The notes under the pieces are model-generated. The model was given only the letters and a program-made list of their open reading frames with translations. It was not told where the DNA came from and ran no database searches. Of a stretch of 64,000 bases of DNA, positions 19,785-29,426 are shown in pieces. Position numbers and translations under genes: made by a program. Every line of letters begins with the position of its first letter. The first letter of the stretch is position 1. This stretch comes from a bacterium (GTDB lineage: Bacteria; Myxococcota; UBA727; JAUIJE01): the NCBI GenBank assembly GCA_030431455.1, contig JAUIJE010000005.1, positions 387,460-451,459 on the forward strand, in the 5' to 3' direction.

Positions 19785-20585
19785 TTATTTGGCGGAACCG
19801 CCCGGGCCTTTGCGCCGGACATCGCGGTTCATGTCGTAGAGTATGCGGAGGCCGTCGAGGGTCAAAAACTCGTCGACGGTGTCGATGGTTCGACTTTCCT
19901 CCGCGATGAGGTGCGCGAGGCCACCGGTGGCCATCACCTTGGTGCCTTCGCCCAGTTCTTGTTGCATGCGGCCGGCGAGCTCGTCGACCAGACCGACATA
20001 TCCGTAAAAGAGCCCCGACTGGAGGGCCCCGATGGTGTTCTTTCCCACCACCCGCTGCGGCCGGCGAATCTCGACCCGCGGCAGCTTCGCCGCCCGGCGA
20101 AACAGCGCGTCCATCGAGACCACCACCCCGGGGGCGATGGCTCCCCCGAGGTAGGCGCCGTCTTCCCGCACCGCATCGAAGGTGGTCGCGGTCCCGAAGT
20201 CGACGACGATGAGCGCACACTTGAACCGGGTCCAAGCCGCCACCGCGTTGACGATGCGGTCCGCCCCCACCTCGGCCGGTTGGTCGGTGAGGATGGGCAT
20301 TTGGGTTTTGACCCCCGGGCCGACCACAATCGGCTCGAACCCGAAGTACCGCAGGCTCGCTTCTTCGAACGCACGGTTGAGCTGCGGCACGACGCTGGCG
20401 AGGATCACGCCCTCGATTTGCGTGGGCTCGACGCCCTGTCGCTCCAGCAGCGACAAGACGAGCGTCCCGTATTCGTCCGCGGTCCCCGACGCCATGGTCG
20501 AGATGCGGAAATGGTGCGTGAGCTGCTCGCCCTCGTAGAGGCCGAGCACGGTGTTGGTGTTGCCCACGTCGATGACCAGCAGCAT
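19785..20585 (-). CDS. coaX: type III pantothenate kinase
   Basis: MLLVIDVGNTNTVLGL. DFGTATTFD. GGLA. 266 aa. Confidence 0.9.
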   Translation of the reverse strand: MLLVIDVGNTNTVLGLYEGEQLTHHFRISTMASGTADEYGTLVLSLLERQGVEPTQIEGVILASVVPQLNRAFEEASLRYFGFEPIVVGPGVKTQMPILTDQPAEVGADRIVNAVAAWTRFKCALIVVDFGTATTFDAVREDGAYLGGAIAPGVVVSMDALFRRAAKLPRVEIRRPQRVVGKNTIGALQSGLFYGYVGLVDELAGRMQQELGEGTKVMATGGLAHLIAEESRTIDTVDEFLTLDGLRILYDMNRDVRRKGPGGSAK

Positions 20586-20615
20586 CTGCGCCGCTTAGCA
20601 CCCTCTTGGCGGGCG

Positions 20616-21413
20616 CTAAAGGGCGGCGTCGATCGCCCGGGCCACCGCCCAGGCGTCCGCCAGGGGGCCCACCTCGTGGGTGCGCAAAAAATCCACCCCC
20701 CGGGCCGCGCAGTGGATTTCCGCCGCCAGGGTCGCGGCCTGGGCGCTCTGGGCCCCTTTGCCGATGGTGCGCTGCAGAAAGCTCTTGCGCGACACGCTGA
20801 CCAGCACCCGCAAGCCATACCGGGCCCGGAGGTCCTCGATGTGGGCGAGCACGTGCATCGACACCGCGGGGTCGGTCCCGAGAAAAAACCCCATGCCCGG
20901 GTCGAGCACCAACCGCGCCTCGTCGACCCCCGCGCCGGTCAGCGCGCCGAGGCGTTGGTCAAAAAACCGCCACAAGCGGGGCCAAATCTCGTCGGGGCGC
21001 ACATCCGGCCGGGACGCGCGGCCGTCGGCGTCCACCGCGTGCATCACCACCAGGTCGGCGGCGGCGGCGGCCAGCGCGGGGTATAGGGCGGGGTACGGGA
21101 ACCCGCGCACGTCGTTGAGCATGCCCACCCCGCGCGACAGGGCGAAGCGCTGGGTCTCCGGCTCGTGGCTGTCGATGCTCACCCGGGACAGGTCGGGGCC
21201 CAGCGCGTCGAGCACGGGGCCGAGGCGCTCGATTTCGGTGGCGGCCGTGACCTGTTCGGCATCGGGGTGCGTCGACGACGGGCCGAGGTCGACGAAGGCC
21301 GCCCCCTCCGCGAACAGCCGGTGGGCGTGGGCCACCGCGTCGTCGGGCGCGAGGTACCGGCCCCCGTCCGAAAACGAGTCGCGCGTGATGTTGACGATGC
21401 CGAGGATGTCCAT
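20616..21413 (-). CDS. folP: dihydropteroate synthase
   Basis: ILGIVNITRDSFSDGG. Pterin-binding DHPS fold. 265 aa. Confidence 0.9.
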   Translation of the reverse strand: MDILGIVNITRDSFSDGGRYLAPDDAVAHAHRLFAEGAAFVDLGPSSTHPDAEQVTAATEIERLGPVLDALGPDLSRVSIDSHEPETQRFALSRGVGMLNDVRGFPYPALYPALAAAAADLVVMHAVDADGRASRPDVRPDEIWPRLWRFFDQRLGALTGAGVDEARLVLDPGMGFFLGTDPAVSMHVLAHIEDLRARYGLRVLVSVSRKSFLQRTIGKGAQSAQAATLAAEIHCAARGVDFLRTHEVGPLADAWAVARAIDAAL

Positions 21414-21456
21414 CCGCGCGGGTATACGCGCCCCGCGTCCTCGTGGACAGATGGGG

Positions 21457-22086
21457 CTAGACCGGCAAAACCGGCGGAAGCGCGGCGCAGGCCGCGCCGA
21501 CGACCAAGCCGAGCGAGGCCCCGGCGAGCACGTCGAGCGGGTAGTGCACGCCGAGGTACATGCGGGCGTACCCGACGACGACCGCGAGGGAGATGATCAG
21601 GGGGTAGACCGCGGGGGGCAACAGCGGGGCCCAGGCCACCGCCAGGGCGAGCGCGGCCGCGGTGTGGCCGGACGGGAACGAGAACTGGTCGGGCGGGACC
21701 AAGAGCCGCACGTCGAGCGCGGGCCGGGCCCGGCGCACCGCCCGCTTGAGCACGACGACGACCATCGAGCACGCGGTGAGCGTGATGATCGCGCGTTCGC
21801 CCAGGGCGGTGGCCCCGCCGAGGACGAGCACGCCCATCCACAGGGGCGCGACCATGGGGTCGAGCAGGCGGCACAACAGGGTGAGCACAAACGTGATCAC
21901 CGGCTGGCGGCGCCGCACCAGCCGCCGCAGCAAACGGTCGTCGAACGCGGCCAAGCGGGCCAGGCGCCCGACGGGCAACGCGCCCACCCCCGCGCCGTTC
22001 ACCAGGCCCGGGCCCGGCATCGCCAACGACCGCGCGTGGTGGGGCCGGGCGGGGGTGTGGTGGGCGCGGCGGCGCGAGGTCGACAT
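21457..22086 (-). CDS. PAP2-family (phosphatidic acid phosphatase type 2) membrane phosphatase
   Basis: KRAVRRARP...PSGHTAAA...HYPLDVLAG motifs. Several TM segments. The true start may be internal. Confidence 0.7.
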   Translation of the reverse strand: MSTSRRRAHHTPARPHHARSLAMPGPGLVNGAGVGALPVGRLARLAAFDDRLLRRLVRRRQPVITFVLTLLCRLLDPMVAPLWMGVLVLGGATALGERAIITLTACSMVVVVLKRAVRRARPALDVRLLVPPDQFSFPSGHTAAALALAVAWAPLLPPAVYPLIISLAVVVGYARMYLGVHYPLDVLAGASLGLVVGAACAALPPVLPV

Positions 22087-22109
22087 GGTGCTCTCCGTGT
22101 GCGGCCGGT

Positions 22110-23630
22110 GTGCCGCGGGTGGGAGATTCGTTCGCAGCGCGCGCGATTCGCCCTACACTCGCGAAGATGAGCAAGCCGGGTGCCATGTCGGGCGACGAGG
22201 TCACGCATCCCCTGCCCGGGGCCGCCACGCCCCTGTCGTTGCCGCCCGGCCCCCGCGCGGTGGCCGACGCGCTGTTGGCCGCCGGGGGCCGGCCCGTCGC
22301 GGTGGGCGGCTGCGTGCGCGACCACCTGCTCGGCCGGGACGCGCACGACATCGACATCGAGTGTTACGCGCTCGACGAGGCCGCGCTCACCACGGCGCTG
22401 GAGACGGTGGGGAGCGTACACGCGGTGGGGCGTTCGTTCGGGGTGCTCAAGGTCTCGGCCGCCGGCGAGGTCGTCGACGTGGCCCTGCCCCGGACCGAGA
22501 GCAAAGAGGGGCGCGGCCACCGCGGGTTTTTGGCCAGCGCCGACCCCCACTTGCCGTTCGAGGTCGCGGCCGCCCGGCGCGACTTCACCTGCAACGCGAT
22601 GGGCGTGGACCTGACGGACGGCGCCTTGCTCGACCCCCACGGGGGCCAGGCCGACCTGGCCGCGGGCCGTCTGCGCCACGTGTCACCCGCCTTCGCCGAA
22701 GACCCCTTGCGGGTGTTGCGCGCCTGCCAGTTCGCCGCGCGGTTCGCGTTGACCATCCATGATGACACATTGGCATTGTGCAAAAGCCTCGAGCCCGAGC
22801 TCGCCACCCTGCCCGCCGAGCGCCTGTACGAAGAGCTGAAGAAGGTGCTCCGCGCCCCCTGGCCGTCGTTGGGCTTGGCCGCCCTCGGTCCCACCGGCGC
22901 GCTCTCGCTCTTCCCCGAGCTCGCCGCGATGCAGAACGTCCCCCAAGAACCCGAGTGGCACCCCGAGGGCGACGTCTTCACCCACACCCTGCTCGTCGTC
23001 GACGAAGCCGCCCGCCTGTGCCGCCAACAAGCGCTCCCCGAGGACGAAGCCTTGCGCGTGCTGTTTGGCGCGCTGTGCCACGACCTGGGCAAGCCGGCCA
23101 CGACCACCCACGAAGACGGCCGCATCAAGAGCAAGAACCACGAATCGGAGGGCGAGCCCCCCACCCGCTCGTTCATGGCCCGGCTCGGCGCCCCCAAAGA
23201 CCTCGTCGACGACGTGGTCGACCTGGTGCGCGACCACCTCAAGCCCTTCCAGCTCTACAAGGACCGCGACGTCATCAAAGACGGCGCCATCCGACGCCTC
23301 GCGGTCCGCGTGCCCATCGATCGCTTGTGTCGCGTGGCCCGGGCCGACCACTTCGGCCGCACCACCAAAGAAGCCCTCGCCCACGACGACCCCGCCAGCC
23401 CTTGGCTGCAAAAACGCGCCCAAGACCTGCACGCCTACGACCAGCGCCCCCAACCGTTGCTCCAGGGCCGCCACCTCATCGCCCGCGGCCACAAGCCCGG
23501 CCGCGCCTTCCGCCCCGTGCTCGACGCGGCCTTCTCCGCCCAGCTCGACGGGGCCTTCGCCGACCTCGACGAGGCCGAGGCCTGGCTCGACGACCACATC
23601 GACCAACTGTTCGCCGAGGCCGAGGCCTGA
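22110..23630 (+). CDS. cca: CCA-adding tRNA nucleotidyltransferase with a C-terminal HD domain
   Basis: GGCVRDHLLGRDAHDIDIE head. RRDFTCNAM. HD domain HTLLVVDEA...LCHDLGKP. The start may be the internal ATG (MSKPGAMSG). Confidence 0.85.
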   Translation: MPRVGDSFAARAIRPTLAKMSKPGAMSGDEVTHPLPGAATPLSLPPGPRAVADALLAAGGRPVAVGGCVRDHLLGRDAHDIDIECYALDEAALTTALETVGSVHAVGRSFGVLKVSAAGEVVDVALPRTESKEGRGHRGFLASADPHLPFEVAAARRDFTCNAMGVDLTDGALLDPHGGQADLAAGRLRHVSPAFAEDPLRVLRACQFAARFALTIHDDTLALCKSLEPELATLPAERLYEELKKVLRAPWPSLGLAALGPTGALSLFPELAAMQNVPQEPEWHPEGDVFTHTLLVVDEAARLCRQQALPEDEALRVLFGALCHDLGKPATTTHEDGRIKSKNHESEGEPPTRSFMARLGAPKDLVDDVVDLVRDHLKPFQLYKDRDVIKDGAIRRLAVRVPIDRLCRVARADHFGRTTKEALAHDDPASPWLQKRAQDLHAYDQRPQPLLQGRHLIARGHKPGRAFRPVLDAAFSAQLDGAFADLDEAEAWLDDHIDQLFAEAEA

Positions 23631-24082
23631 TGCGCGCCCCCGCGGCTCTGCTCGTCGTGCTCGGCGCGGCCGCCCTCGCGGGTTGCCAGCCGCGGGGCGT
23701 GCTCACCCAAAGCCAGGTGTTCGATTTCGTGCGCGACGACCTCGCCTCCGCCTGCTGCAACTGCTTGGCCAGCAGTCACCAGTCCGTGCCCCACCCCGCG
23801 TTTGTGTGTCCCGGGGCCCTGCCCGACGACATTCACCTCGCCCGGGTCGACGGCGGCTACCTCGACGACGGCACCGAGCCGCCCCCCGACCTCGTGCTCG
23901 ACACCCCCTGCCTGTGCGGCACCGACACCTCGGCGGGCACCTGCCGCGCGCGCCTGTCCCGCGGGGGCGATGAGGATCTCCCCGGCGACGCCGGCCCGGC
24001 GTACATTGACATTGTCGGGCTCTGCGTCGACGTCGCCGGCGTCTGCCACGCCGAGTGCGACGGCGTGCTCGCGTACCCCTAG
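23629..24082 (+). CDS. small Cys-rich lipoprotein
   Basis: MRAPAALLVVLGAAALAGC (perfect lipobox). 11 Cys. The ATG overlaps the cca TGA. Confidence 0.55.
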
Positions 24083-24092
24083 CCGTCGGGCC

Positions 24093-24978
24093 TCAGTCGA
24101 TCCGGAGTTCGACCTTTTCGCGGGCGGCGAAGATCACGAGTTTGCGCTGGTACTTGGCGGCGCGTTCGCGACAGGCGAGGATCTTGGCGTCGACCTCGTC
24201 GTCGGATTGCATCGGGTCGTGGTGGGTGATGGCCAAGCGCTTCACGTCGGCCTCGACCGCGGCGTCGACCAGGGTGGTGGCCCGGGCGTGGCCCCAGCCA
24301 ACCTTCTCCGGGTATTCCTCGTCGGTGTACTGGCCGTCGGCGATGAGCAAGTCGGCCCCGCGCACAAAGTCGATGTACTCCCGCGACACCTTGCGGTGCA
24401 CGCTGGGATTTTTGGCGACCTCATCGCGGTTGTCGAGGGTCATGTCGAGTTCGTTGTCGGTGGCGAACACCACCTTCTTGCCGTGGGCTTCAAAACAATA
24501 GGCCAACGAGCCCCCGGGGTGGGCCTGCACGAACCACGAGACCCGGGCCGGGCCGATGTCCGCCCCGCCGGGCTCGAGGTGGGCGGGCACCAGGTGGGCG
24601 GACAGCTCGGAGAACTCCACCGGGAAATATTCGGACCGCATCTGACCGGACAGCAGGTCAAAATGTGACTGATCGTGTTCGCTCTTGCCGTAAATGTAGA
24701 AGGTGTTGTCGGGCGCGTAGATGGGCGCGAAAAAGGGAAAACCCTGGATGTGGTCCCAATGTGGGTGCGAGAAGAACATGTGGCCGCTGATGGGGCGCTG
24801 CTTCCGCTTGAGCAGGCTTTCGCCGAGCTCCCGCAGGCCCGTCCCGCCGTCGCAAATGTAGAGCGTGTCGTCGATGCGGATTTCGATGCAGGTGGTGTTG
24901 CCGCCGTATTTGCGGGTCTGCCAGCCGGGGGTGGGGATCGAACCGCGCACCCCCCAAAACTTCACGAAGAAGCTCATC
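24093..24978 (-). CDS. MBL-fold metallo-hydrolase
   Basis: The HxHxDH motif is present as SHPHWDHIQG. The start MSFFVKFWGVRGS overlaps the FHA gene stop by 1 nt. The upstream part of the 343 aa track ORF is an extension. Confidence 0.75.
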
Positions 24979-25411
24979 AACCTGCCTCGTTGAAGATGAG
25001 GGTCACGTTGCCGATCTGCACCGCGTCCCCGTGGTGCAACACCGCGGAGTGGACGCGCAGACCGTTGAGATAAATGCCATTGCGGCTGTCGAGGTCCCGC
25101 GCGCAGTATTCGCGCCCGTCGCACTGAATCTCGACGTGCAGGCGCGACAACTCCGGGCTATCCACGGTGAAGTCCGCGGCCTTGCTCCGCCCCACGGTCA
25201 TGCGCTCCCGGGTAAGGACCAAGTCGCGGGGCGCGCCGGGGCCGGTGATCTGCCGCATCGCGGGCGGGCGTTGGGCGTTCTCGGGGAGCAGGAGGCGGAT
25301 GGACGCCTCGGTGGTTTGGCTTTCGCTCCATGACTCCATGGCCTGCTCGGCGGAGATGCCGCTCTCAGGCGCAATCGTCATCGGGTCGTCGGTGTCGTCT
25401 CGCCCCGCCAT
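24977..25411 (-). CDS. FHA domain protein
   Basis: MTVGRSKAADFTVDSPELSRLHVEI...SRNGIYLNG is a canonical FHA fold signature. Confidence 0.8.
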   Translation of the reverse strand: MAGRDDTDDPMTIAPESGISAEQAMESWSESQTTEASIRLLLPENAQRPPAMRQITGPGAPRDLVLTRERMTVGRSKAADFTVDSPELSRLHVEIQCDGREYCARDLDSRNGIYLNGLRVHSAVLHHGDAVQIGNVTLIFNEAG

Positions 25412-25509
25412 GCGGGTTCACCTTAGACCGATCCGCATCAGAAAGGGCAGTCCCCGGCCACGTTTTTGTCCCCGATCACGCTCCCGGAGCGCGACCGGGG
25501 ACACACCGC

Positions 25510-27804
25510 TCAGCGACGGAGGAACGACTTGAGCGCGGCCTCGTCGACCTTGTCCTTGCCCTGGGGCCCGACCACCAGCGTCCGCCCCTTGCCGACGGAG
25601 ACCTTGACCGACCCCCCCAAAGACAGCGCCGCTTTCAGGTCCGGCCGCAACTTGAGCACGAGGAAGTACGCGTCGGAGAACGGCTTGATCACCATTTCGC
25701 GGTCACCGCGTTTGACCTTCCCGTCGACGTACGCCGACCCGTCCCAGGTGAACGAGCGTCCCCCGCGCGCCACCTGTTCGGTCTGGGCGCGTTTTTTCGA
25801 CGCCACCGACCCTTGCCGCAGCGAACCGATCTCCTTGGCCGCCCGCACCGCGGCCTTGCCCGAGTCGGTGCGCAGCGACTCGCCTTTTTTGTCCCGGGAC
25901 CGGCGCCGGGGCGCGGCGGCGCTCGCCGGCGGGGGCGCGGCCCAGTCGTCGGCGGGCGCGGCCTCCTCGGCGTCCCCGTCGAACCCGCGCCCCAAGCCGC
26001 CGCTGCCTTCGCCCCCCCGGGGGGCGTTGCGGAACACGGGTTCGGGCAGGGGGCGGCCGGGCCCGGCGATGGGCGCGTTGGGCTCGACCACGAGGTAGCT
26101 GGTGTACGGGGTCACAATGCCAAAGCGCGTCGCGAGCTGCGTGACCTCGTCGACCAACCCCCGCTGCTCCCCCTTGTCACGGATTTCCGCCAACAGCATG
26201 CCCACCTGGCGCTGGGCCCACAGCCGCGGGATGAACTCCAGGTCGGTCGACAGCTTGGCGAAGGCGACATTGTGGGCAAACGTGCGCGGGCCTTTTTTCA
26301 TCGTGCCCGACAGCGTGACCTTGGCCTTGCCCCCGTCGCGGTACCGGCCGAGCACGACCAGCTGCCCCCCGCGGAACAGGTGGCCGAGCTTGCGCGGGTG
26401 GGTGCCGAACACGCGCACCCCCGACACCGCGAGCGACAGGTCGCTGAGCACCGGGTGGCTGATGCGATCGTAAAACCCCTGCACGTCGTTCTTGAGCGTC
26501 GCGTCCCCCGACGTGTAGAGGGCCATGCCCCCGGCCTCGTCCGCCATCTTGTCGAGGAGCACGGTGTTCACGTCGTCGCCCACCCCGAACACGAACAGGC
26601 GGGCGCCGTCCTTGTTGAAGCCGCCGATTTTCGACAGGAGCGCCTTGGTCTCGGTCTCGCCCACGGTGGGCCGCCCGTCGGTCAAAAACACCACCATGTG
26701 CGGCACCTTGCTCGATCCTGTGACATTGGCGAAGGTCAGCTGCATCGCCTCGTCGATGTTGGTGCCCCCGAGGGGCTCCATCTTGTCCACGAACGCCTTG
26801 GCCTTGTTCACGTTGCCGCGGCTGGCGGACAACATCTTGTCGGAGAACGCCTCCGCGAACCCGCCAAAGGACACGATGTTGAACAGGTCATCGTGGCCCA
26901 GGCGTCCCAGGCAGTAGCTCAGGGCCTCTTTGGTCGCGTCCATCTTCTCGCCCGCCATCGAGCCCGAGGTGTCGACCACGAAGCTCACCCGCTTGCCGAT
27001 GATCTCGCGGTCCCGCATCGCGTCCGAGGGCGAGGCCAACAACATGAAGTACCCGGGCTCGTCCCCGTCGTTGTAGGTGAGCAGGGTCATGCCCACGTCT
27101 TTGTCGTCGACCGACCACAGGAGGACGAAGTCCTCCGCCAATGAAAATGCACCTTTTTCGAAGCTGAGCACCCCGTGGTTGCCGTTGACGCGGGCCGCGG
27201 CTTTGTGGGTCGGGCTGTAGAGGTTCTTGATCGGGAGCTTGGAGTTGACCTTCACCGTGAACGTAAAGTCGTCGAGGGTCCGGCTCGCCATCGCGTCGGT
27301 CTTCATCGGGTAGATGTATTTGTGCGTCCCCGCGTCGTAGTCGACGAGGTGGCTGTACACGAGCTCGACCTTCTGGGTGCCGTTGGCGGGCACGGGAAAC
27401 ACCCGGGCTTGAAACAGCTGGGCGTCGACGTACTCGATGAGGCCCGGGTCCTGCGCGCGCCGCACAATCGACTCGTAGATTTGGCGGGCCTTTTGGCGTT
27501 CGAGGACTTCGCCTTTGACCTTCTTGCCGTTCATCCAGAGGGCGAAGCTGTCGATGCTCGCGCCCTGGGGCAGCGGGAACAGGTAGGTCGCCTCCAGCTG
27601 CCGCCCGGTGGGATTTTTGAACTCCTGGGTGACCTTGGTCTTGGCCCCCCGCTCATTGACCGTGACCTCGACGCGGTGGTGGGTGAGCTCCATCGGGAGG
27701 TGCTGGCTGCCGTTCGCGACCAGGATGCCGATGGCCTTCGCCGGGGTGGCGGCAAAGCAGACCGCGCACGCGGCGGCGATGAAGAGGGGGGCAAGGCGCG
27801 TCAT
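25510..27804 (-). CDS. secreted VIT (vault/inter-alpha-trypsin) + von Willebrand factor A domain protein
   Basis: Start MTRLAPLFIAAACAVCFA (cat 27802-27804, GGGAGGA SD). N-terminal VIT region. vWA MIDAS DTSGSM...TDG. Long C-terminus. Confidence 0.8.
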   Translation of the reverse strand: MTRLAPLFIAAACAVCFAATPAKAIGILVANGSQHLPMELTHHRVEVTVNERGAKTKVTQEFKNPTGRQLEATYLFPLPQGASIDSFALWMNGKKVKGEVLERQKARQIYESIVRRAQDPGLIEYVDAQLFQARVFPVPANGTQKVELVYSHLVDYDAGTHKYIYPMKTDAMASRTLDDFTFTVKVNSKLPIKNLYSPTHKAAARVNGNHGVLSFEKGAFSLAEDFVLLWSVDDKDVGMTLLTYNDGDEPGYFMLLASPSDAMRDREIIGKRVSFVVDTSGSMAGEKMDATKEALSYCLGRLGHDDLFNIVSFGGFAEAFSDKMLSASRGNVNKAKAFVDKMEPLGGTNIDEAMQLTFANVTGSSKVPHMVVFLTDGRPTVGETETKALLSKIGGFNKDGARLFVFGVGDDVNTVLLDKMADEAGGMALYTSGDATLKNDVQGFYDRISHPVLSDLSLAVSGVRVFGTHPRKLGHLFRGGQLVVLGRYRDGGKAKVTLSGTMKKGPRTFAHNVAFAKLSTDLEFIPRLWAQRQVGMLLAEIRDKGEQRGLVDEVTQLATRFGIVTPYTSYLVVEPNAPIAGPGRPLPEPVFRNAPRGGEGSGGLGRGFDGDAEEAAPADDWAAPPPASAAAPRRRSRDKKGESLRTDSGKAAVRAAKEIGSLRQGSVASKKRAQTEQVARGGRSFTWDGSAYVDGKVKRGDREMVIKPFSDAYFLVLKLRPDLKAALSLGGSVKVSVGKGRTLVVGPQGKDKVDEAALKSFLRR

Positions 27805-27892
27805 AAATCCTCCCGGTCGGGGCAAGGCCGACGAGATTGATAACGCATTGATGACCGAAACGATCTGCCCGCGGGCGCGGCCCGCGACGGCT

Positions 27893-28375
27893 TCAGCGGC
27901 GGTGGGCCTCGCGGGCTGTGATCGCGAACAAGATTTTCCCGCCGTCGGTGTTGGGCCCGCCCACCACGAGGGTCCCGCCGTCTTTCACCGCGACCCGGGT
28001 CTTGAACTTCAACGCCTTGATCGTGAGCTCAAACCCGATCATCCCGCCCTTCTGCGGACCGCGGGCTTTGACCACCAAGAACCGCTTGTCGCTCTTTTTG
28101 GGCCCGGGAAACTGGATGCTGACCTGCTCGCCCGCCTTCATCATCGTGTGGTGGTTCTCGAGGAGCTCGAACCGCCGAAACGGCAGCCCGCTCTGCAGGT
28201 CTTTTTTCAGAGGGAGCAGCGCGGGGTCCATGAACGGCGCCCCGTGCACCGCGCCTTTGATCACCCGGACCTCGACGATGACCAGCTCTTTGGCTTTCGC
28301 CTCGGCCTTGCCCGCGAACGCCAGCAGCATCGCGCCGGCACACAACGACAGGGCAAAGCCGCGGCGGGTGGTCAT
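27893..28375 (-). CDS. small secreted hypothetical protein
   Basis: 160 aa. Signal MTTRRGFALSLCAGAMLLAFAGKAEA. Its start overlaps the anti-sigma stop. Confidence 0.5.
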   Translation of the reverse strand: MTTRRGFALSLCAGAMLLAFAGKAEAKAKELVIVEVRVIKGAVHGAPFMDPALLPLKKDLQSGLPFRRFELLENHHTMMKAGEQVSIQFPGPKKSDKRFLVVKARGPQKGGMIGFELTIKALKFKTRVAVKDGGTLVVGGPNTDGGKILFAITAREAHRR

Positions 28376-28377
28376 GG

Positions 28378-29385
28378 TCAGGTGTCCTGCTCCTCGGGTT
28401 CTCCCACCCAGATGATGGTGATGTTGGACGCGTCGGTCTCGAAGACCGCGGTCGTGGGCACACCGGCCTGAATGCTTTGTACATCACTGTGGTTGTCGCG
28501 CAGAAGGGTCAAATCCGTCGCCACCGCCAAGGTGCGCACATCGGCGCTCGGCTCCCACGACTCGGGGGCCGGCTCGCCGCCGACAAAAAAGAACGCCGCG
28601 GCCGCCGCCGAGGCGAACGCGAGGGGGATGCCCACCGGCCGCAACCCCCCGAATAGACGGGAGAACCAGCCGCCCGTGGGGGCGGCCGGGCGCGCGTGGG
28701 CCGACGCCCGGGCCTCGTTTTGGGTGTGCTTTTCGATCGCCGACAGCGCCGCGGCGGCCGCTTTTTGGGCCTCGGGGGCACGGGCGTAGGCCGCGCCGAG
28801 GGCGGCCACGAGATCGGACTGCGCCACCAGCGACAAGAACGCCTCTTGCCGGGCGGCGGCGTGGGTCTCGTCGGTGAGCAGCTGGACCAAGGCCGGCCGA
28901 TCGACCGCTTCCCCGTCGAGCAAGGCCGCGGCCAGCTCTTGGGCGGCTTTGTCGTCGGCGAGCACGGCCGCGACCTGAGCGGCCACGTCCACGCCAGAGA
29001 CCAGGGCCGCGGTCTCCAGGGTGGCGCGGGCGGCGAGCGCGAGGTGGGCAAAATCTTCCGCCCCGTCCCCGCCGCGCATGAGCTCGACGAGCCGGGCGGT
29101 GCCCGCGTCGGTCAACGCCCCGTCGAGGGCTTGGGACATCAGGACCCGGCCGTCGTCGACCCCGGCGGGGGCGATCTGGGCCATGACCGCGTCGGCGACG
29201 TCAATGTCGCCCGCCGTCGCCCAGGACACCGCGCCCATCGCGGCGAGCTCGTCGACCAACGCGGGGTGCTCCTCGAGCGCGGCCATCAGCAACGCCTCGG
29301 TGTCGCGGTCGAGTTCACCGTCGACGAACGCACTCATCCACATGCGGAGGGTGTCGAGCTCGGTTTTTCCGTTTTCGCCTGTCAT
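28378..29385 (-). CDS. putative anti-sigma factor (membrane-anchored)
   Basis: It lies immediately downstream of the ECF sigma gene. The N-terminal cytoplasmic region is followed by a central hydrophobic segment (PVGIPLAFASAAAAAFFFV). No strong family motif, so this is assigned by position and topology. Confidence 0.5.
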   Translation of the reverse strand: MTGENGKTELDTLRMWMSAFVDGELDRDTEALLMAALEEHPALVDELAAMGAVSWATAGDIDVADAVMAQIAPAGVDDGRVLMSQALDGALTDAGTARLVELMRGGDGAEDFAHLALAARATLETAALVSGVDVAAQVAAVLADDKAAQELAAALLDGEAVDRPALVQLLTDETHAAARQEAFLSLVAQSDLVAALGAAYARAPEAQKAAAAALSAIEKHTQNEARASAHARPAAPTGGWFSRLFGGLRPVGIPLAFASAAAAAFFFVGGEPAPESWEPSADVRTLAVATDLTLLRDNHSDVQSIQAGVPTTAVFETDASNITIIWVGEPEEQDT

Positions 29386-29426
29386 CGTGCATCCCCAAGG
29401 AGGACCCTCCTCCTCGTACCAAGACG

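Noticed and set aside
17767-20601. 944 aa ORF fusing pcnB with sequence across coaX
   Set aside because: The portion upstream of Met 19776 overlaps the well-supported coaX gene in a different frame. pcnB was truncated to 17767..19776. The acidic extension below 19776 was retained as probably real but is flagged.
22951-22975. TGGCAC sigma-54-like -24 elements (also at 43001)
   Set aside because: No TTGC -12 element at the correct spacing, and the sites are inside coding sequence.
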